From the IMG/VR virus record IMGVR_UViG_3300028797_000004: a DNA stretch of 64,000 nt, one strand, 5' to 3'. Of the stretch, positions 59,483 through 64,000 are shown in pieces. The notes under the pieces are model-generated. The model was given only the letters and a program-made list of their open reading frames with translations, was not told where the DNA came from and did not search any database. Made by a program: the position numbers and the translations under genes. This DNA is from a virus (lineage: Duplodnaviria; Caudoviricetes). The first letter of the stretch is position 1; the number at the start of each line of letters is the position of its first letter.

Positions 59483-60418
59483 ATGCTAACTTATGAAGTT
59501 TCTACTTGGCAGCATTTAGTTAATATAGCAACACAAAGTCAAGCTGATGCATTCCGTGATAGCGTTACAATGAAACTTACAGCGGACATAGACTGCAATG
59601 GCGAAATACCCGAAGGTGTTGAAACAGTGCTGTATTTTAAGGTGAGTGGTTCGGGTTCGACTATAACTATAGATGGTGACTATGAAGAAGATGGTGTACA
59701 TAAACGTCATATTATCCGTAATCTTCGTACTCATATTGTAACTCCTGTGCAGATATTCAATACAAATCAAAATTCATTCATATTACGAAATATAGATTTT
59801 AAGAATCTTATATTGGATAATCTATTAGTTGGTGGCGGTAACAATGGTCCTACGATTATTTCAAATTGTAGGTTTATTGGTAGACGGTCAGTAGTAGTAT
59901 TCAAAGGTAGCAATGGCGGTATTCGTCTTACATCATGTTTCTTCAATCTTCCGTATGAATCAGATGCCCCAACTAATGCTAAGATACCGCTTGCAAGTGT
60001 TCCAAGTTCTGGAACTACAAAAACAGCTAATTTCTGTTGGTTCAGAGAAAAATATAGTGGTTGGATTCCATCTACAAGCTACCCTATGACTTCTTTCGGA
60101 AATCTTATACTTAGTGGGTGTTATGCTGACGGAGAAGTTGTATGCGGAGAGAGCTGTGTCTTTACAGCTCAGTACGCAACTGATAGCATAATCCAAAATG
60201 CTATGAATGTTGATATAAAAACACAAGCTGCTACAGGTGCAACTATAGCTGTAAGCGCACCTAAAGGTATATGGAAGAATGATATACAATCTGCAAGTGG
60301 GGCAAGTGAAACATATGCCTATACTAATGTTAATGAAGCTTATGCTATCCCAGAATCCCCTGCTGATATGAAGAACGCACAAGAACTTTGGGCTGATGGA
60401 TTTGATATTGTTCATTAA
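59483..60418 (+). CDS. Beta-helix-like adhesin paralogue B1
   Basis: T.EVSTW, KL.ADIDCN.EIPEGV, H.IRNLRTH, NIDF.NLILD, LSGC, APKGIW, PESP.DM, DGFD. Confidence 0.65.
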   Translation: MLTYEVSTWQHLVNIATQSQADAFRDSVTMKLTADIDCNGEIPEGVETVLYFKVSGSGSTITIDGDYEEDGVHKRHIIRNLRTHIVTPVQIFNTNQNSFILRNIDFKNLILDNLLVGGGNNGPTIISNCRFIGRRSVVVFKGSNGGIRLTSCFFNLPYESDAPTNAKIPLASVPSSGTTKTANFCWFREKYSGWIPSTSYPMTSFGNLILSGCYADGEVVCGESCVFTAQYATDSIIQNAMNVDIKTQAATGATIAVSAPKGIWKNDIQSASGASETYAYTNVNEAYAIPESPADMKNAQELWADGFDIVH

Positions 60419-60433
60419 GGTAGGTGATAGTTC

Positions 60434-61420
60434 ATGATTACAGTAGATGTGAGTACATGGACGGAACTTGTGGAAGCTTTCAATAATGGCGGAACAAAGT
60501 ATACTGATGATGTTACTATAAAACTTATATCGGATATAGACTGTAATGCCGAAATACCTGAAGGTGTTGAAGCAACAATATCCCCTAATACTGGTAACTA
60601 CTATTTCATTCTTGATGGCGGATATGGGGATAATCAAAATCATGTTATTCGTAATCTGCGCACTCATGTTGTGTCTCCTGTTGGTATATTCCGTGCTACT
60701 TCGTATGGCTTAACATTGAAAAATATTGATTTCATAAATTTAATATTAGATAGCCAGTTGCTTACTATAGGAGGGAATAGCAGTACTGTAGCTTGCACAT
60801 TTAATAACTGCCGATTTGTTGGCAGAAGAACTTATAATCTGTGGGATAATATATATAAGACAACCGCAGGCATAAAAACCACGGGTGTTGGCGTAAAACT
60901 TTATTCTTGCTTCTTTAATATCCCATATATTAAATCTCCATATGTAGCGGCTGATGTACCATTGGAACGTAATGATGCCACAGGTAGTTATCTTAAATAT
61001 AATTCTTATGCATATTTCTGTAGATTTGTTGAATCCCATAATGCTGACACAGGTATTATTTCGTGCGACAATTTAAAATTGTCTGGTTGTTATGTGCAGG
61101 GTGAATTAACATCAAGTTCTCCTATCACTATAATTTCTCAGTATGAGTATGATAGTGCAGTACAGAATGTTGTGAACCTTACATTAAAGACCACAGAAGA
61201 ACAAGGCACTATAGTAGTAGTCAACGCACCAAAAGGAATATGGAAAGATGCTATATATTCTACAGATAGTACAATTCTTACACCATATCAGTATACTAAT
61301 ACTAATCCTTTAGCTATACCAGAATCGCCAACGGACATGATGAATGCGTCTGAATTATATTCTGACGGATTTGATGTACAGCGACCTAATCTTAATTCGG
61401 TAGGTGGTAATAATGGTTGA
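60434..61420 (+). CDS. Beta-helix-like adhesin paralogue B2
   Basis: Same conserved blocks as B1. Confidence 0.65.
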   Translation: MITVDVSTWTELVEAFNNGGTKYTDDVTIKLISDIDCNAEIPEGVEATISPNTGNYYFILDGGYGDNQNHVIRNLRTHVVSPVGIFRATSYGLTLKNIDFINLILDSQLLTIGGNSSTVACTFNNCRFVGRRTYNLWDNIYKTTAGIKTTGVGVKLYSCFFNIPYIKSPYVAADVPLERNDATGSYLKYNSYAYFCRFVESHNADTGIISCDNLKLSGCYVQGELTSSSPITIISQYEYDSAVQNVVNLTLKTTEEQGTIVVVNAPKGIWKDAIYSTDSTILTPYQYTNTNPLAIPESPTDMMNASELYSDGFDVQRPNLNSVGGNNG

Positions 61421-62858
61421 GGTCATTCTTAATCTTGGTTCGTTAGAGCAAGGAACGCTTAGTGAAACAGGTACGGAATCCAGTGCCGATGACCAAGTTA
61501 GGTCATATGCTTATGTTGCAAATGATTATTCGTTCTTCAAAGGTGTCGCTGATATTCGAGCAGCTGTCTTAAAGCCAGTAGAAGGAAGTATGGAAGGAAT
61601 ACCCAAAAGTTCTCCGTCAACTTATGACGCAGTACCTGGTGTTCCAAGTCAATATACCGCAACAAATGGCGAACTTAACAACCCTAACTATAAGATAGTA
61701 TACTATTGGTGGCATAGTGGTTCTGAAGCTGATCATAATTATAAAAGAGGTTGCGTAACTCTTAAAATTCCTATATATAATTATTCCGGAAAACCCCATG
61801 CTTATGGATTTAGAGATATATCTTCATCCGCTTACGCCAGTTTTAATATTGCTTATGATTCTGTTGACGTAATTGGTAATAGTATAACATATACAAGCGA
61901 TGGTGAGACTATTACTAAATCTATCACCCAACTTTTAAGTGCTTCGTCAGACAATTATTATGGCGAAGAAAGAGGTGTTAGAGATTCTGGGGATAAGCCT
62001 TGTGACGTAGCTTATCTCGGTTATGATAGCAGGAATCGTGTGAGATACAGTAAACGTTGGGTACAATCACGCGAAGATAACATTATAGACTTTAGCGAAG
62101 GATTAGCCATAGCCAAATGGAAATTTGTGCTTAAAGTAGAAGGTGTATCTTCGTTAAGTCCGGAACATATTCTCAATGACCATAAAAAGTTCACACTTCA
62201 AATGGATTCATGGGAAATGTTACAAGACCACAGCCTTATTAATTCAGGAATGTGTCATGAAATAGATAGTGCATTATTTGTAGCCCCGTTTCCTGCTTCT
62301 TTTTGGAGACTCAATTCGGTTGATATACCTACGCTTAATAGTGAACATTGGTCCCCTTTACTTGAACCTGATGACGATTTTCTGTTTACAGAACCTTATC
62401 CAACAAGTTTTTGGTTTGTTGACGAAGTACCAGAAGTATCATTTTTTAAATTGCCTGAATCTGATGACGGACCAACATTCCAATATCCCTATCCTGCTTC
62501 ACTATGGTGGTATGACGAAGTTGTTGACAGAGTAAGGAATATAATGATTCCTGATGAATTATTTGCTGATCCGACAGGCGGAGCTTTCTATCATGCTGAA
62601 AACTTAGAGTATGTTAAGATACCAAGAAGTGTTACATCAATAGGTCAAACTGCTTTTGAGGGTACACAAGTAAAAGAAGTATGTATATCAAGAACTTGCA
62701 AATATTCTAAATCGTCATTCCCGAAAGATTGTAAAGTAATCTTCTACGAAGATATGTATGACGAGAATTATAGAATAGTAGTCTCAGGTAAGCATTCTTA
62801 CCGATATATTGAGACTGTTGCTCATTCTGAGGATTCTACTACTGATGAGATTCCATAA
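61413..62858 (+). CDS. Putative adhesin with PYPxSFW repeats and BspA-type LRRs (paralogue C1)
   Basis: AFYHAENLEYVKIPRSVTSIGQTAF; three P(Y/F)PxSxW repeats. Confidence 0.65.
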   Translation: MVEVILNLGSLEQGTLSETGTESSADDQVRSYAYVANDYSFFKGVADIRAAVLKPVEGSMEGIPKSSPSTYDAVPGVPSQYTATNGELNNPNYKIVYYWWHSGSEADHNYKRGCVTLKIPIYNYSGKPHAYGFRDISSSAYASFNIAYDSVDVIGNSITYTSDGETITKSITQLLSASSDNYYGEERGVRDSGDKPCDVAYLGYDSRNRVRYSKRWVQSREDNIIDFSEGLAIAKWKFVLKVEGVSSLSPEHILNDHKKFTLQMDSWEMLQDHSLINSGMCHEIDSALFVAPFPASFWRLNSVDIPTLNSEHWSPLLEPDDDFLFTEPYPTSFWFVDEVPEVSFFKLPESDDGPTFQYPYPASLWWYDEVVDRVRNIMIPDELFADPTGGAFYHAENLEYVKIPRSVTSIGQTAFEGTQVKEVCISRTCKYSKSSFPKDCKVIFYEDMYDENYRIVVSGKHSYRYIETVAHSEDSTTDEIP

Positions 62859-62880
62859 TTATATTGAGAGGTGATGTTGT

Positions 62881-63861
62881 ATGATTACATTTGAAGTTTC
62901 TACTTGGGCACAAATTGTTAATATAGCAACACAAAGTCAAGCCGATGCATTTACTGATGATGTTACAATAAAACTCATTGCTGATATTGATTGTAATGAT
63001 TCAATTCCAGAGGGTGTGGCGTCTACATTAAATTTTAAATTTCTAAAAAATGCATCTATGTCTATAACTATTGATGGAGGTTATGATGACGTATACACTA
63101 ACCGCCATGTGATTAGAAATTTAAGAACTCATATTCTAAACCCTGTCTATATATTTAGAGGTACAAATGCCAGTACTGGAAGTTCCGCAACCTGTCACTT
63201 CACTCTAAGAAATATAGATTTCATTAATCTTATACTGGATAAAGAATTGCTATTTTTAAGTTATGTGTGGGATCCAATCGATATAGTTAATTGTAGATTT
63301 GCAGGTGAGCGTTCTTGTAGTGTGTTTGCTGGATACTTTAATAATAATTACACCCACAATATAATACGAAGTTATTTCAATATGGAGTATTCAGACATAT
63401 CTCCTACTCTCAATAAACTGTTGATTTTTAGAGCTAGCGGAGGTACTGCTACGCTTAGTAGTTTGAAGATGGCTTTTTGCCGCATTGTTGAATCGTATAA
63501 TGGCTGGCAACCTGATGACACAAAGCATTGTACATCTTTTGGTAATGCTATTTTGAGTGGGTGTCGCATCAGTGGTGAGATAGTGGGTGGTAGTGTTTTA
63601 ACTTTAACCACAAAGTACGACCAAGATAGTAGCGTTCAAAATGTCATTGATGCAGATTTAAAAACAACAGCAGAGCAGGGCACTACAATCACTGTTAATG
63701 CACCAGAAGGAGTATGGCGTAATGATATACATTCTACTGATGCCAGTATCACTACTACTTATGCATATACAAATACCAATCAATCTGCGTTGCCAGAAAC
63801 ACCATCGGACATGGTTAATACCAGGAAACTTCGTGATGACGGTTTTGATGTAGTAGTTTAA
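62881..63861 (+). CDS. Beta-helix-like adhesin paralogue B3
   Basis: Same conserved blocks; 5' end nearly identical in DNA to B1. Confidence 0.65.
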   Translation: MITFEVSTWAQIVNIATQSQADAFTDDVTIKLIADIDCNDSIPEGVASTLNFKFLKNASMSITIDGGYDDVYTNRHVIRNLRTHILNPVYIFRGTNASTGSSATCHFTLRNIDFINLILDKELLFLSYVWDPIDIVNCRFAGERSCSVFAGYFNNNYTHNIIRSYFNMEYSDISPTLNKLLIFRASGGTATLSSLKMAFCRIVESYNGWQPDDTKHCTSFGNAILSGCRISGEIVGGSVLTLTTKYDQDSSVQNVIDADLKTTAEQGTTITVNAPEGVWRNDIHSTDASITTTYAYTNTNQSALPETPSDMVNTRKLRDDGFDVVV

Positions 63862-63874
63862 GGTAGGGAGTTCA

Positions 63875-64000
63875 ATGACTGATAAGACTATTTATATAAG
63901 AGAGTCTAATCTTGAAAAAGGCTCATATGATGAAACTGGTACGAAGATAACAACTAATCAGTATGTTCGCACTGTAAGTAAAGTAAGTAGTGATGTAGCT
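63875..64000 (+). CDS. Partial gene, probable paralogue of 61413 (C2)
   Basis: NLEKGSYDETGT...YVRT vs SLEQGTLSETGT...QVRS; runs off the window. Confidence 0.5.
   Translation, partial: MTDKTIYIRESNLEKGSYDETGTKITTNQYVRTVSKVSSDVA

Noticed and set aside
1-64000. Minus-strand and overlapping alternative-frame ORFs; stop-codon reassignment
   Set aside because: They are shadows of well-supported + strand genes, lacking SDs and motifs; genes are intact in code 11 and no suppressor tRNA is present

Overview
The window is part of a large lytic myovirus genome with T4/contractile-injection-like tail genes. The host is probably an anaerobic Bacillota (Clostridia/Ruminococcus-like); this is an inference from sigma-A promoters, SD sites, GH25/CHAP/SleB hydrolases and a Clostridia-type IS. 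All credible genes lie on the + strand in the standard code. Contents in order: the end of the tail sheath gene; an early region; holins; a DNA/nucleotide metabolism block (UvrD, SbcC/Rad50-like ATPase, PRTase, QueE, ThyX); a 1.4-kb non-coding RNA locus with 3 tRNAs, a tRNA-like element and about 25 hairpins; a MazF-like gene coupled to two sigma factors; tail fibres; a cluster of small proteins sharing an N-terminal peptide; tail tube, chaperones, tape measure and baseplate; and a tandem adhesin cassette. Three promoter classes can be read from the DNA: host sigma-A, ATCGTTAT, and ACCTTnnATAT before virion genes. Four candidates stand out as possibly undescribed systems. (1) About 10 unrelated proteins share an MK-x-Y-I-x-A leader and [IV]-x-[AS]-[AS] junctions, like a capsid-targeting/protease-cleavage code for packaged cargo; the cargo includes two separated halves resembling the phosphorothioation-associated methyltransferase and three DUF29-like paralogues. 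(2) A catalytically intact TnpB without recognisable transposon ends has an omegaRNA that appears to have its own phage promoter. (3) A hairpin array with three recurrent loop classes and a tRNA-like element sits next to an orphan MazF-HTH gene. (4) A stand-alone NrdD-type glycyl-radical domain lies inside the tail operon. All family assignments come from motif recognition by eye; no searches were run.
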